Shown here: piece after piece, positions 1-10,160 of the stretch | How positions within the stretch are numbered: the first letter of the stretch is position 1 | Layout: each line of letters begins with the position of its first letter | NCBI GenBank assembly: GCA_963745035.1 | Contig: CAVUVW010000014.1 | Coordinates: 512,001-576,000, forward strand | Source: an uncultured delta proteobacterium | GTDB lineage: Bacteria; Desulfobacterota; Binatia; UBA9968 | Length of the DNA stretch: 64,000 bases | Direction of reading: 5' to 3' | Notes under the pieces: model-generated | What the model was told of the DNA's origin: nothing | The model's input: only the letters and a program-made list of their open reading frames with translations | Databases searched by the model: none | Position numbers and translations under genes: made by a program

Positions 1-15
1 GTGCTCGGCATCTAA
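1..15 (+). CDS. Probable 3' end of an MlaE-family ABC permease (partial)
   Basis: In-frame VLGI-stop at the window edge directly upstream of an MlaF-like ATPase; inferred from operon order only. Confidence 0.35.
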   Translation: MLGI

Positions 16-53
16 GGCCAATGCGATGGCTAAAGAGCGGCTGATGAACTGAC

Positions 54-842
54 ATGGCGGACGGAAGAGCGACCAACGGCAACGGCGCCAAGGCGCACAT
101 CACGGTGAGCGATCTCACCATGGCGTACGGCAGCTTTGTGTTGATGCGCGGTCTCAATTTCACCATTGATCACGGCGACGTGTTCATCATCATGGGCGGC
201 AGCGGCTGCGGCAAGAGCACTTTGCTGCGCCACTTGATCGGACTCAAGGAGCCCGCCCAGGGCCACATCTATTATGGCGACGAGAACTTTACCCGCGCGG
301 ATGCCGCCAAACGACAGGAGATGGTGCGGCGCATGGGCGTGTTGTTTCAAAGCGGCGCCCTGTGGAGCTCGATGACGTTAGCGGAAAACGTCGGGCTGGC
401 CCTCGGCGAATATACCGATCTAAGCCCCAAGGAGATCGCCGAGATCGCCTCGCTCAAGCTCGCGCTGGTCGGCTTGAAAGGCTTTGAGGATTATTACCCA
501 TCGCAGATCAGCGGCGGCATGCAGAAACGCGCCGGATTGGCGCGCGCCATGGCGCTCGATCCAGAGATTCTATTTTTCGACGAGCCTTCGGCGGGCTTGG
601 ACCCGATCAGCTCGCGCTTGCTCGACGATTTGATTCTCGAACTGCGGGACAGTCTGGGCGCGACGGTTGTGGTGGTCACGCACGAGCTGGCGAGTATTTT
701 CACCATTGGCAACAACAGCGTGTTTCTCGACACCGAGACGCGCACGATGATCGCCGGCGGCGACCCGAAGGAGCTTTTGGCCCATTCGCGCGATCCGAAA
801 GTGCGCCGGTTTTTAACCCGCGCGGAGGAGGAAAGAGCGTGA
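54..842 (+). CDS. mlaF: MlaF/Ttg2A-family ABC transporter ATP-binding protein
   Basis: Walker A GGSGCGKS, signature ISGGMQKRAGLARA, Walker B ILFFDEPSAGLDP, H-loop VTHEL; followed by an MCE gene. Confidence 0.9.
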   Translation: MADGRATNGNGAKAHITVSDLTMAYGSFVLMRGLNFTIDHGDVFIIMGGSGCGKSTLLRHLIGLKEPAQGHIYYGDENFTRADAAKRQEMVRRMGVLFQSGALWSSMTLAENVGLALGEYTDLSPKEIAEIASLKLALVGLKGFEDYYPSQISGGMQKRAGLARAMALDPEILFFDEPSAGLDPISSRLLDDLILELRDSLGATVVVVTHELASIFTIGNNSVFLDTETRTMIAGGDPKELLAHSRDPKVRRFLTRAEEERA

Positions 843-1849
843 GCAAGAGAATCAGTCCGACGTTGATCGGCGCCTTCGTCCTCGGCGCGCTGGCTCTGGT
901 CGTGGTCGCGGTGGTCGCTTTGGGCTCCGGGAGATTTTTCCGTCAGACTCGCGAGTTCGTGCTTTACTTCGACAGCTCGGTCAACGGTCTGCGCGTCGGC
1001 GCGCCGGTCAAGTTCAAAGGCGTCGAGATCGGCGCCGTCAAAGACATTCGCTTGCAACTCGAAAAGAGCGCGCAGGTCGACAAGATTCCGGTCATCATCG
1101 AAATCGATCTGGAGAAATTGACCTCGCGCGGCGCGAGCGGCGAGGTCGCGCGCGATCTGCCAACTTTCCATCAGACGATCGTTAAGATGGGACTGCGTGG
1201 CCAGCTCTTGATGGAAAGTCTGGTGACCGGCTTGCTCTATGTCGGGTTGGATCTGTTTCCCAACAGCCCGGTACGTCTCGTACAAACGGCCGGCAACAAT
1301 TACCGCTATCCGGAGATTCCCACCATACCGACCACGTTGGAAGAGGCCCAGGACGCAGTGACTCGTATCATTTCCAAACTTGAGGAGCTCGATTTCAAAG
1401 GCCTGACGAAGTCGCTCACCGAAACGGTCGATGGCATCAATCAACTGGTCAACTCGCCTGAAGTCAAGGCCTCGCTGCACGATTTGCGGCAAACAATGCC
1501 GAAGGTCGATGATGCGTTGGTGAGCGTGCGCAAGGCAGCGACGAGCCTGGACGCCAACGTGACAACGCTAAGCGCTAGCCTGGAACAGACCTCAGATGCG
1601 ACCCGCGAAGCGATGCAACAGGCAGCGGTCGCTCTCAAGCAATCCGACGGCGCGCTTAAGGCGGCTGAAGCCGCCATGGTCAACGTGAACGGCATCGTCG
1701 ATCAGGACTCGCCGACATTGTACGAGTTCAGAAGAAGCATGAAGGAGATCGCTGCGGCGGCGCGCACCTTGAGACTTTTGAGCGGCTATATCGAGAGAAA
1801 TCCCCGGGCTTTAATCTTCGGAAAGCCGGAAATCGTGGGAGACCAATGA
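839..1849 (+). CDS. mlaD: MlaD/MCE-domain substrate-binding protein
   Basis: N-terminal TM, MCE motif GLRVGAPVKFKGVEIGAV, long helical region, C-terminal ERNPRALIFG; 4-nt overlap with mlaF. Confidence 0.85.
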   Translation: MSKRISPTLIGAFVLGALALVVVAVVALGSGRFFRQTREFVLYFDSSVNGLRVGAPVKFKGVEIGAVKDIRLQLEKSAQVDKIPVIIEIDLEKLTSRGASGEVARDLPTFHQTIVKMGLRGQLLMESLVTGLLYVGLDLFPNSPVRLVQTAGNNYRYPEIPTIPTTLEEAQDAVTRIISKLEELDFKGLTKSLTETVDGINQLVNSPEVKASLHDLRQTMPKVDDALVSVRKAATSLDANVTTLSASLEQTSDATREAMQQAAVALKQSDGALKAAEAAMVNVNGIVDQDSPTLYEFRRSMKEIAAAARTLRLLSGYIERNPRALIFGKPEIVGDQ

Positions 1850-2460
1850 AATTTCTTCTTATCGTCGGATTCGCGCTCGCGCTCGCCGGCTGTACAAATT
1901 TCTCGGCGCAACCGGACCCATCGCGGTTCTTCACTCTGTCGGCGCTCTCGCAAGGCGAAGAAGGCGCGGAAAAGCACCCCGCGCAGGCTCCGAATCTCTC
2001 TTTCGGCATCGGGCCGGTGAGCTTGCCCGGCTACCTCGATCGTCAAGAGATCGTCACGCGTATCGCGCAAAACCAAATTCGTCTTTCCGACTACGATCGT
2101 TGGGCCGAGCCGCTCGAAGAAAGCATCGGCCGCGTGGTGTCGCAGAATGTAGCAAGTATTTTACGCGCAGAGCGGATCACAAGTTATCCGTGGCCGATCG
2201 ACAGGAGGCCGCTCTATCAAGTGGAACTCGAGATGCTGCGATTCGAAACCAACAACTCCCAGGAAGCGCACTTGGCGGCACGTTGGACGGTGCGCAACAC
2301 GGGAAAAAAAGATTCCGTCCGCTATCGCGATACCCGGCTGTCGCGGCCGGCGCGCGCCAGCTCCACCGACGCTTCCGTTGCCGCGCTGAGCGAGGTGTTG
2401 AAAGATCTGAGCCGGCAGATTGCGGACGCGATCGAGAACATGGACAGCAGCGGCAAATGA
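1846..2460 (+). CDS. pqiC: PqiC-family ABC transport auxiliary lipoprotein
   Basis: Lipobox LAGC; motifs GPVSLPGYLDRQEIV and RWAEPL. Confidence 0.85.
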   Translation: MKFLLIVGFALALAGCTNFSAQPDPSRFFTLSALSQGEEGAEKHPAQAPNLSFGIGPVSLPGYLDRQEIVTRIAQNQIRLSDYDRWAEPLEESIGRVVSQNVASILRAERITSYPWPIDRRPLYQVELEMLRFETNNSQEAHLAARWTVRNTGKKDSVRYRDTRLSRPARASSTDASVAALSEVLKDLSRQIADAIENMDSSGK

Positions 2461-2549
2461 CCGTCAGTGACAAAATCCTTGACGTAAGCAAGCGAGTACC
2501 GTTGAAACGGTAAGATGGGAACAAGCATGAATGTAGTCAAATTTGCGGC

Positions 2550-2770
2550 AGTGAAACGATCGCAACGTGTCCTCAACCAATTCCTTGAAGTCAATCCGAT
2601 AGCTCTTCAGCCGCCATTGCAAAGTGCGCGGGCTCACGCCCAACGCATTGGCGGCGCGTGCCAGGTGAAGGCTGCCATCCGTCATTAACTGAGCGATCGT
2701 TTTGCTAATCAGCCTCAGATCCTTAGGTATGCGGCTCAACACTTCGTCCAGATAGTGGGTGATGTAGCAG
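2550..2770 (-). pseudogene. AraC-family regulator remnant, C-terminal HTH part
   Basis: HYLDEVLSRIP...LARAANALGVSPRTLQWRLKSYRIDFKELVEDT aligns by eye with the C-terminal half of the AraC at 30308; second HTH missing. Confidence 0.75.
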
Positions 2771-2916
2771 GGCGGACCGATGACCAGGCCTTCGGCCTGC
2801 GTTTTGGAGCGCGCAGCAATCCGAAAAATATCGGCGTCCTCGCTTACGCGGTTATGAATGCGCCGACTGTTGCCGCCGCTTTCGAAACTGCGGGACGGTA
2901 TATCCATTTGGCTTGA
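2761..2916 (+). pseudogene. AraC-family regulator remnant, N-terminal ligand-binding part
   Basis: Hand translation DDQAFGLRFGARSNPKNIGVLAYAVMNAPTVAAAFETAGRYIHLA* matches GDHCFGLHFGERFNPKDIGPLAYVALNSPTIAVA of 30308. Confidence 0.75.
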
Positions 2917-3369
2917 TTTTAGCCCGGCAATCGCTCTAAAGTCCGGGCTGTCGTGGGAACCTCCCAGAGTGCTTGTTCCGGAATCCGCCCGTCGCACCAT
3001 TGGTTTGTTCTTGGTCTTTGCGCCTGTAGCAGTTTTTTGGTGCCGAGCAGCCGCCCTACAGCGTGCCGCCAAAGAAGTAGGTGGGCGGCTGATCACGTCT
3101 GCTGTCGTTCACGCGTTTGCGGCGCGCACAAAACAGAGGCAGAGACCGGCCCGCCGCGACAATCGCAAAATAATCTTTCTGACATCGAAACTATACCGAA
3201 AGCATGTGCGGCTTTGTTGAACGACCTCACTGCGCGCCTCATGTTAATCCTCCGTTGCCGCATTGCTGAAGCTGTTTCCTTTGTGCTACACACTGCTTCT
3301 CCTTGAGGGGTTAGGTTTCCCCAATTTTGAGGCATTTGCCGCCGGCCACCCTTTGATGAGGATTAGACG

Positions 3370-6300
3370 ATGCGGCTTTCAAGAGCTTTGACAACGCTTG
3401 TGCTGGGTTGTCTATGTTGTCTCTCACGGCCTGAAATCGCCCCTGCTGCGCAGGAGGAGATGCGGCCTAAGCGTGTATTGATGATCTCGACCGGCAGCCG
3501 GATTGCGCCGGGCTTCGCGGCTGTTGATCAGCAGTTACTCCAAGCATTGGCGAAGGTCCCGGCGCCCGTCGAAACCTACGCGGAGAATCTCGATATCATT
3601 CGATTTCCTACGCAGCGTTTTCAGCGAATTTTCAGAGAATATTTAATGGAGAAATACGCCCAACATCCTCCCAACCTGATTATACTGGTCTACGTCGGTA
3701 ACTTAGGGATTAGCGTAAAATTGCTCGAGCAACTGTTTCCACAAACTCCGATTATAGTCGCCGGGATATCCGAAGAGGAAATCCGTCCCAACCAGTTCGG
3801 TGCGCTGGTCACTGGCTTGGTGCAGCGCATGGATCCGCGCACGACGTTGGAATTGATTCTCCGCCTACAACCCGACACCCGCCGTATTGTCGTCATCGGC
3901 GGCAGCGCAGAAGTAGATCGCACGTTTCTCAAGCGGGTGAAAGCCATCGCACCCTCCTTCGCAGGACGGGTCGACTTTGATTTTTGGGACAATCGTAGCA
4001 TGGCCCAGCTGCGCCATGACGTCGCCGTGCTGTCGCCGCAAACACCAATTCTCTTTACCGCAATGTTTCGGGATGGAGCAGGTCAGGCGTTTGTTTCCAG
4101 CCAGGTGGGGCAGAATATCGGTCAGTGGGCAAATGCACCAGTCTATGCCTTGACGAATACGGTTTTAGGCACCGGCGCTGTCGGTGGATCGATGCTCAGC
4201 ATCGAAGCAATGGGAAAGCGTGCCGGCGAAATGGCGCAGCTCATTCTAAGCGGTATGGCGCCGGCCTCGCTGCCATTCGAGATCCGTACGGACAGCGTGC
4301 CGACCTTCGATTGGCGCGCTTTGCAACGCTGGGGAATTCGGGAAAACCGGCTATCGCCGGGCAGCGTGGTGCGATTCAAACCGCCTTCTATATGGGAGCA
4401 ATACCGTTGGTACGTCATCGGCGCGCTCTTCATAATCTGCATGCAGGGCGCCATGATCGCCGATTTGCTTCTCCAGCGCCGACGCCGGCTCCGGGCGGAG
4501 GCCGGTTTGTTGGAGAGTCAACAATTCATGGAGTTAGCAACCGAAGCCGGCGGCATCGGATTGTGGGTTCGCGACCTGGTACGTGGGAATTTGTGGGCCA
4601 ATCCTCGCCTGCGTTCTTTGTTAGGATTCGGTGATGCGGATACGCTCAGCGTCGATGAGATTTTGGCTCGCGTCCATCCGCACGACCGAGCGATGGTCAC
4701 CGGAGTCGTCGAGCGAGCACAAGAGAGCGGAGCGCCTTTTGACGTAGAGTTTCGAACAGTATTTCCAGCTGCCCCGGAGCATTGGATTGCCGTCAGAGGC
4801 CAATTCGTACGCAGTCATGAAGGCGAGCTTGTGCGCCGTATGGGAACGATGATCGATATCACGGACCGCAAAGTAGCCGAGCAACAACTGTGGGAGAGTG
4901 AAGAGAACTTTCGCCGACTGGTGGAATCCACAGCGGCCGTCCTTTGGCAAGCCGACCCTGAAACCTGGGCATTTACCTACGTCGCCCCGCAGGCGGTGAA
5001 GCTGCTCGGTTATCCGCTGGAGCAGTGGTACGAACAAGATTTCTGGGTTTCGCATATCCATCCCGATGACCGGCAGTGGGCGGTCGACACGTGTATGACG
5101 AGGAGCCGGACCGCTGAAGAATTCGCATTCGATTACCGGATGATGAAAGCGTCGGGCGAGGTCGTCTGGGTTCATGATATCGTCAACTGCCAGCAGCAAA
5201 ATGGCAAGCCCAAGCAGCTACGCGGTCTGATGTTCGACATCACCGAGCGGAAACACAGCGAGCAGGCGATACTCGAGAGTGAACAGCGTTTTCGCACAAT
5301 GGCTAACGCGGCCCCGGTGATGATCTGGATGTCCGATGCCAATAAGCTCTGCACATTTTTCAACAAAGGCTGGCTCGATTTTACCGGGCGATCGCCAGAG
5401 CAAGAACTTGGCAGCGGTTGGCAAGAGAGTGTGCACGAAAGCGATCTTGATCGCTGCCTTGAAGTTTACTTCACGGCCTTTCATGTGCGCCAAGAATATA
5501 CGATCGAATTTCGTTTGCGTCGACACGACGGAGAATATCGCTGGGTTTTGGCTCGCGGAGTTCCGCGCTTCGAATCGGAGGGCATGTTCCTCGGATATAT
5601 CGGCACTGCCATCGATATTACCGAGCTTAAGCGCGGCGAGGAAAAATTCCGCAGCGCGGTTGAGGCCTCGCCCAACGCGATTGTGATGATCGACGAGCAA
5701 GACCGGATCTTGCTGGTCAACGTGTGCGCAGAAAAGCTGTTCGGTTACGCGCGCGAGGAATTATTCGGCCAACCCGTGGAGATGCTCGTTCCGGAGCGAT
5801 TTCGCGGCGCGCATCCGGCGCATCGCGCGGATTTTCTCGCGGCGCCGCAGACCCGATCCATAGGGGCGGGGCGAGAGCTGTTCGGTCTCTGCAAAGACGG
5901 CAGCGAGTTCCCGATCGAGATCGGGCTCAGCCCCATCCACACGGCTGAAGGATTAATCATATTAACCACGATCATCGACATTTCGGAGCGCAAGCGCAGC
6001 GCCGAAGCTCTGGAGAGGGAGCGGGTTTTCTTGCGACAGGTGATCGACACTGTGCCGAACTTTATTTTTGCCAAGGACCAGGACGGTCGCTTCACGCTCG
6101 CAAACCAGGCAGTAGCTGAAGCTTATGGTACAACCGTGGAGAATCTCATTGGCAAGAGCGATGCCGATTTCAACTCGAATATGGAAGAGGTCGAAGCGTT
6201 CCGGCGCGTCGACCAACAAGTCATCGAGACGCTGAGGGAACGCTTCATCGCGGAAGAACATATCACCGACGCAAAGGGGAGACTGCGCTGGCTTCAGACC

Positions 6301-7149
6301 GTCAAACGCCCGATCATCGAAAGCGATGGCAGGGCGAAGCAAGTGCTTGGCGCATCCACGGACATCACGCGACGCAAAGAAATAGATTTGGAGCTCAGGG
6401 AGCAGCGAGCGGAACTCGCCCACGCGGCGCGCTTGACGAGCATGGGAGAATTGGCGGCCTCCCTGGCGCATGAATTGAACCAGCCACTGACGGCGATCCT
6501 GAGCAATGCGCAAGCGGCACTCCGCTTCATGAACGGCAAATCGGTTCACCTCGAGGAGGTGCGGGAGATCCTGCGTGATATCGTCAAGGACAACAGCCGC
6601 GCGGGCGAAGTTATTCGGCGCATGCGTGCATTGGTCAAAAAGGAAACTCTCGAGTTCGTCTCGATCGATCTGGCGGGCCTGATCGAGGACGTGGTCTCGC
6701 TGGTCCACAGCGACGCGATTCTGCAGAACGTTCGAATCGCGCTTGAATTGAATGGCAGTCTGCCAGCGGTATGGGGCGATCGAGTGCAGCTGCAGCAGGT
6801 GGTGCTCAATATCATGTTGAACGCCTTCGACGCCATGAGCGAGTGTCCAACCGATCAGCGAAAGGTCGAATTGCAGGTGGAACCTTACGGCGCGGAGCTG
6901 ATCAAGATAGCTGTGAGCGACCGCGGACCGGGTCTAAGCGGAGACCAGCTCGACAAAATTTTCCAACCGTTTTACACCACGAAGGGTAATGGGTTAGGAA
7001 TGGGGCTGTCGATTTGTCGATCGATCATTGAGGCGCACGGTGGACGTCTCTGGGCTGAGAATAACAGCGAGGGCGGCGCAACGTTTCACTTCACCGTGCC
7101 GGTCGAGAAGTGTGGAGAAACGGCGGAAGTCGGCGTCGTCCGGACGTGA
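3370..7149 (+). CDS. Membrane sensor histidine kinase with a periplasmic ABC-substrate-binding-like domain and about five PAS/PAC domains (FixL/NodV/StyS-like)
   Basis: Signal peptide, TM near aa 345-367, repeated PAC ends (DITDRK, DITERK, DITELK, DISERK, DITRRK), H-box LAHELNQPL, G-box GLGMGLSICRSII. Confidence 0.92.
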   Translation: MRLSRALTTLVLGCLCCLSRPEIAPAAQEEMRPKRVLMISTGSRIAPGFAAVDQQLLQALAKVPAPVETYAENLDIIRFPTQRFQRIFREYLMEKYAQHPPNLIILVYVGNLGISVKLLEQLFPQTPIIVAGISEEEIRPNQFGALVTGLVQRMDPRTTLELILRLQPDTRRIVVIGGSAEVDRTFLKRVKAIAPSFAGRVDFDFWDNRSMAQLRHDVAVLSPQTPILFTAMFRDGAGQAFVSSQVGQNIGQWANAPVYALTNTVLGTGAVGGSMLSIEAMGKRAGEMAQLILSGMAPASLPFEIRTDSVPTFDWRALQRWGIRENRLSPGSVVRFKPPSIWEQYRWYVIGALFIICMQGAMIADLLLQRRRRLRAEAGLLESQQFMELATEAGGIGLWVRDLVRGNLWANPRLRSLLGFGDADTLSVDEILARVHPHDRAMVTGVVERAQESGAPFDVEFRTVFPAAPEHWIAVRGQFVRSHEGELVRRMGTMIDITDRKVAEQQLWESEENFRRLVESTAAVLWQADPETWAFTYVAPQAVKLLGYPLEQWYEQDFWVSHIHPDDRQWAVDTCMTRSRTAEEFAFDYRMMKASGEVVWVHDIVNCQQQNGKPKQLRGLMFDITERKHSEQAILESEQRFRTMANAAPVMIWMSDANKLCTFFNKGWLDFTGRSPEQELGSGWQESVHESDLDRCLEVYFTAFHVRQEYTIEFRLRRHDGEYRWVLARGVPRFESEGMFLGYIGTAIDITELKRGEEKFRSAVEASPNAIVMIDEQDRILLVNVCAEKLFGYAREELFGQPVEMLVPERFRGAHPAHRADFLAAPQTRSIGAGRELFGLCKDGSEFPIEIGLSPIHTAEGLIILTTIIDISERKRSAEALERERVFLRQVIDTVPNFIFAKDQDGRFTLANQAVAEAYGTTVENLIGKSDADFNSNMEEVEAFRRVDQQVIETLRERFIAEEHITDAKGRLRWLQTVKRPIIESDGRAKQVLGASTDITRRKEIDLELREQRAELAHAARLTSMGELAASLAHELNQPLTAILSNAQAALRFMNGKSVHLEEVREILRDIVKDNSRAGEVIRRMRALVKKETLEFVSIDLAGLIEDVVSLVHSDAILQNVRIALELNGSLPAVWGDRVQLQQVVLNIMLNAFDAMSECPTDQRKVELQVEPYGAELIKIAVSDRGPGLSGDQLDKIFQPFYTTKGNGLGMGLSICRSIIEAHGGRLWAENNSEGGATFHFTVPVEKCGETAEVGVVRT

Positions 7150-7223
7150 GTGAGGCTATGTCCACACTGAAATACAAGTTTTCAGATCCAGTACCCGAAG
7201 GCCGGTTAGCTACCCGAAAGTTT

Positions 7224-7871
7224 ATGGCATCCTCTGCCAACACGGTTTTTCTTGTCGATGACGATCCTTCGGTCCGCAAGGCGTTGACACGGCTGATCAA
7301 GTCTGCCGGATTTGTCGTACACGCGTTTTCCTCGGCGGACGATTTTCTTAAATCCCGTACCACGGTGGACGAAGTCCCAGCCTGCTTGGTGCTCGATGTG
7401 CGTATGCCCGGCCTGAGCGGTCTAGATCTGCAGCTTGAATTGCAGGCTGCCGATGTGCTGCTTCCGATCATTTTCATTACCGGACACGGCGACATCCCGA
7501 TGAGTGTGCGGGCGATGAAGGATGGCGCCGTCGATTTTCTGCCGAAGCCCGTTCAGGACAAGGTGCTGCTGAAAACGATCGAGCAGGCGCTGGAGCGCGC
7601 CCGTCGCGATCACGCCGAGCGCGCAGAACTTGAGGGAATCCGGACGCGTCTCGATAGCTTGACCGCCCGTGAGTGCGAAGTAATGCAGCTGGTCGTGCAA
7701 GGTTTTTTGAACAAGCAGATCGCCTTCGAGCTCGGGACGGTTGAAAAAACCATCAAGGTGCATCGGGCGCGGGTCATGGAAAAGATGAAGGTGCGATCTC
7801 TTGCCGAGCTCGTGCACCTCAGCGATCGCGCGGGATTGGTGAAAAGTCCTAGTCTCCGGTCACGACGCTGA
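7224..7871 (+). CDS. FixJ/StyR/NodW-family DNA-binding response regulator (REC + LuxR-type HTH)
   Basis: VFLVDDD, LDVRMPG, FITGHGD, FLPKP; HTH LNKQIAFELGTVEKTIKVHRARVMEKM; start may be 7158. Confidence 0.92.
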   Translation: MASSANTVFLVDDDPSVRKALTRLIKSAGFVVHAFSSADDFLKSRTTVDEVPACLVLDVRMPGLSGLDLQLELQAADVLLPIIFITGHGDIPMSVRAMKDGAVDFLPKPVQDKVLLKTIEQALERARRDHAERAELEGIRTRLDSLTARECEVMQLVVQGFLNKQIAFELGTVEKTIKVHRARVMEKMKVRSLAELVHLSDRAGLVKSPSLRSRR

Positions 7872-7936
7872 CCGACATCGATAGGCCTCCCTTCAGGCAG
7901 TCATTCCTCGTCTCCGCAACCTCTTTCCGTTCCTCC

Positions 7937-7956
7937 TATTGGACTAAGGTCCAATA
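7937..7956 (+). promoter_or_regulatory. Dyad operator copy 1: TATTGGAC-TAAG-GTCCAATA
   Basis: Perfect 8-bp inverted repeat; TACAGT -10-like hexamer at 7978; upstream of the single-domain response regulator operon. Confidence 0.8.
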
Positions 7957-7995
7957 TACGCGCACTTTTGCTCTCGCTACAGTCCTGTTCACTCG

Positions 7996-8436
7996 ATGGT
8001 GTTGCTTATCAATCATTTCGGTCACGGCCCAGAGGGTGTCGCGTTGTATAAATCCAAACCGTTGATTGCCATCGTGGACGACGATGAATCGGTCTGCCGC
8101 GCAATACGGCGACTGGTGCGGTCACTGGCCATGGATGCAGAGATATTCAGCTCAGGGCGCCAGTTTCTCGATCTTCTTCATGCCATGCCCTCGTTCCAAC
8201 CTGACTGTGTGATTCTCGACGTGCAAATGCCTGGGATGAACGGTTTGGAGGTGCAAGAGCTGCTCTCCGAGAGCGGCAAGAAGTTTCCTTTGATCTTTAT
8301 TACAGCGCACGATGAGGTCGGCGTGCGGGAAAAGGCTCTCAATGGCGGAGCACTGGCCTTCCTGCGCAAACCCTTTGATGACGAGTTGCTCGTAAAGACT
8401 CTGAGTGAGGGGCTCAAACGCGCTGCGAGGAATTAA
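7996..8436 (+). CDS. Single-domain response regulator (receiver only)
   Basis: IAIVDDDE, ILDVQMPGMNG, FITAH, FLRKPF; likely true start is TTG at 8044. Confidence 0.9.
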   Translation: MVLLINHFGHGPEGVALYKSKPLIAIVDDDESVCRAIRRLVRSLAMDAEIFSSGRQFLDLLHAMPSFQPDCVILDVQMPGMNGLEVQELLSESGKKFPLIFITAHDEVGVREKALNGGALAFLRKPFDDELLVKTLSEGLKRAARN

Positions 8437-8460
8437 TGAGTTCAAACAAGGGAAAAGTCG

Positions 8461-10134
8461 GTGACACAGTTTAAAGGTTTCTTTCGGTCCGGGTCTCGGT
8501 TCATGATCGGGGTGCTGGCGATTCTGGCGCTGCAACATGGAATGACTTTCGCCGCGCAGCACGCATATGAGCAGCGGGAAGTCCTCAGCGCTTCGAAAAT
8601 CCTACCGCCGGATCTTCTGAGCGGCCCGAATCATCGGGTCGAAGAAAGAGTTTACAACGACGGCTATCTTAATACCTATCGAATCGGCTCCAAGTTCGGT
8701 ACTTTCGTCGCCGTATCAACGCCAATGCTGCGCAAGCGCATCGGTGAGATCAATGCACTGGTTCGCATGGAGCAGATCCAGAACACGAAGGAATTTACCT
8801 CAGCGCTCAAGGAAGCAGGTACCGACACCTTGGTCGGCTTCAAAAATCTCGTCACCGAGCCCGGCGATACTGTAAAGGGCGCTGTTTCGGGATTAGGCGT
8901 GGCCTTTCGCCGGGCGGGCGACGCCCTCACAGGTCCAAAGCGGAGCGATGCCGAAGACAGCAAAATCAAAGACCTGATCGGGTTCTCTAAAACCAAGCGC
9001 GAATACGCCTACCAACTCGGGGTCGATGCCTATACCGATAACGAACAAGTCCAAGACCGGCTCGACCAGATTTCCTGGGCCGGATATGCCGGCGGGATTA
9101 CCTGGGCGGGCGCCATGGCCGCAGTGCCGGGGGGCGCCGGCTTGGCGATAACGATCTCGGGAACTCACCACCTGTTAAACGAGGTTTTTCGCACCACGCC
9201 TCCAGTCGATCTGCGCCGAATGAATGGCGAAAAACTCAAGGCCATGGCCGTGCATCCGGAAGTCGCTGATGCCTTTTTGAACAATTCCTTCTATTCACCG
9301 CGATACCAGACGCTGCTGGTCCATGCGCTGGAGGAAATGAAAGGCGTCGGCGATCGGGCGACCTTCATCCGATTGGCGGCGTCCAGTGTAAATAGGGACA
9401 TCGCGTTTTTCCGCCAGCGACAGGCTGAAACGTACGCGGGCTTTCATAAAGCGGTAGCTCCGGTTGCAGCATTTATCGACTTGGGTGGATTTGCCGCCGT
9501 GCGAACCACAAAGAACGAAGTGGTCTTCAGCGTACCACTGGATCATCTCGTCTGGACTGAAGACATGGCGAAATTATTGACCGCCGCGGACGCTCGCGTC
9601 ACTCAATTAAACCGTCCGGCCCGCAAACAATTATGGATCACTGGAACAACGAGTACGCGGGCAAAAAAGGAGCTCGAAGCTCGAGGCTGGCAGCTGCACG
9701 AGCGGGCGGAACAGCGGTTGCTCAGTTGGTCCGAAGAGTATCCGAACTATCAGAAGCCGGAGGAAAGAGTCCCGGACGCTCTCGTCAAACTGAACTTTAA
9801 GTCTGTCGGCGTCGGTGTCGGTGGCAGCTCCGGCGATGGCATTCTTTCGTACCAGGGCAAAGACTATCCACTGGGGATCTCCGGAATCAATATTGCCGAT
9901 CTTGGCGTATCGCAGTTTCAGGGTGCGGGCAAAGTGTACGAACTCAAGAACGTCGCCGATTTCTCCGGTAACTATGCCGCGGCGCAGGCCGCCTTCGCGG
10001 TTCGGGGAGGACAGAGTTCTTTGTCCATGAAAAATGGCAAAGGCGTAACCATTGTAATTTTGCAGGATGAGGGCAAAGAATCGGGAACGCGCTTAAGCCT
10101 CGGCCCATCCGGTATCACTTTTAAGCTAAAGTAA
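8461..10134 (+). CDS. Exported hypothetical protein with a C-terminal DUF1134/EipA-like beta domain
   Basis: Signal peptide; C-terminal VGVGGSSGDGILSYQGKDYPLGISG...GKVYELKNVADFSGNY...SMKNGKGVTI resembles small DUF1134-like proteins. Confidence 0.6.
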   Translation: MTQFKGFFRSGSRFMIGVLAILALQHGMTFAAQHAYEQREVLSASKILPPDLLSGPNHRVEERVYNDGYLNTYRIGSKFGTFVAVSTPMLRKRIGEINALVRMEQIQNTKEFTSALKEAGTDTLVGFKNLVTEPGDTVKGAVSGLGVAFRRAGDALTGPKRSDAEDSKIKDLIGFSKTKREYAYQLGVDAYTDNEQVQDRLDQISWAGYAGGITWAGAMAAVPGGAGLAITISGTHHLLNEVFRTTPPVDLRRMNGEKLKAMAVHPEVADAFLNNSFYSPRYQTLLVHALEEMKGVGDRATFIRLAASSVNRDIAFFRQRQAETYAGFHKAVAPVAAFIDLGGFAAVRTTKNEVVFSVPLDHLVWTEDMAKLLTAADARVTQLNRPARKQLWITGTTSTRAKKELEARGWQLHERAEQRLLSWSEEYPNYQKPEERVPDALVKLNFKSVGVGVGGSSGDGILSYQGKDYPLGISGINIADLGVSQFQGAGKVYELKNVADFSGNYAAAQAAFAVRGGQSSLSMKNGKGVTIVILQDEGKESGTRLSLGPSGITFKLK

Positions 10135-10160
10135 AAGGTAGAGCTCGCGAGGAATTTACA

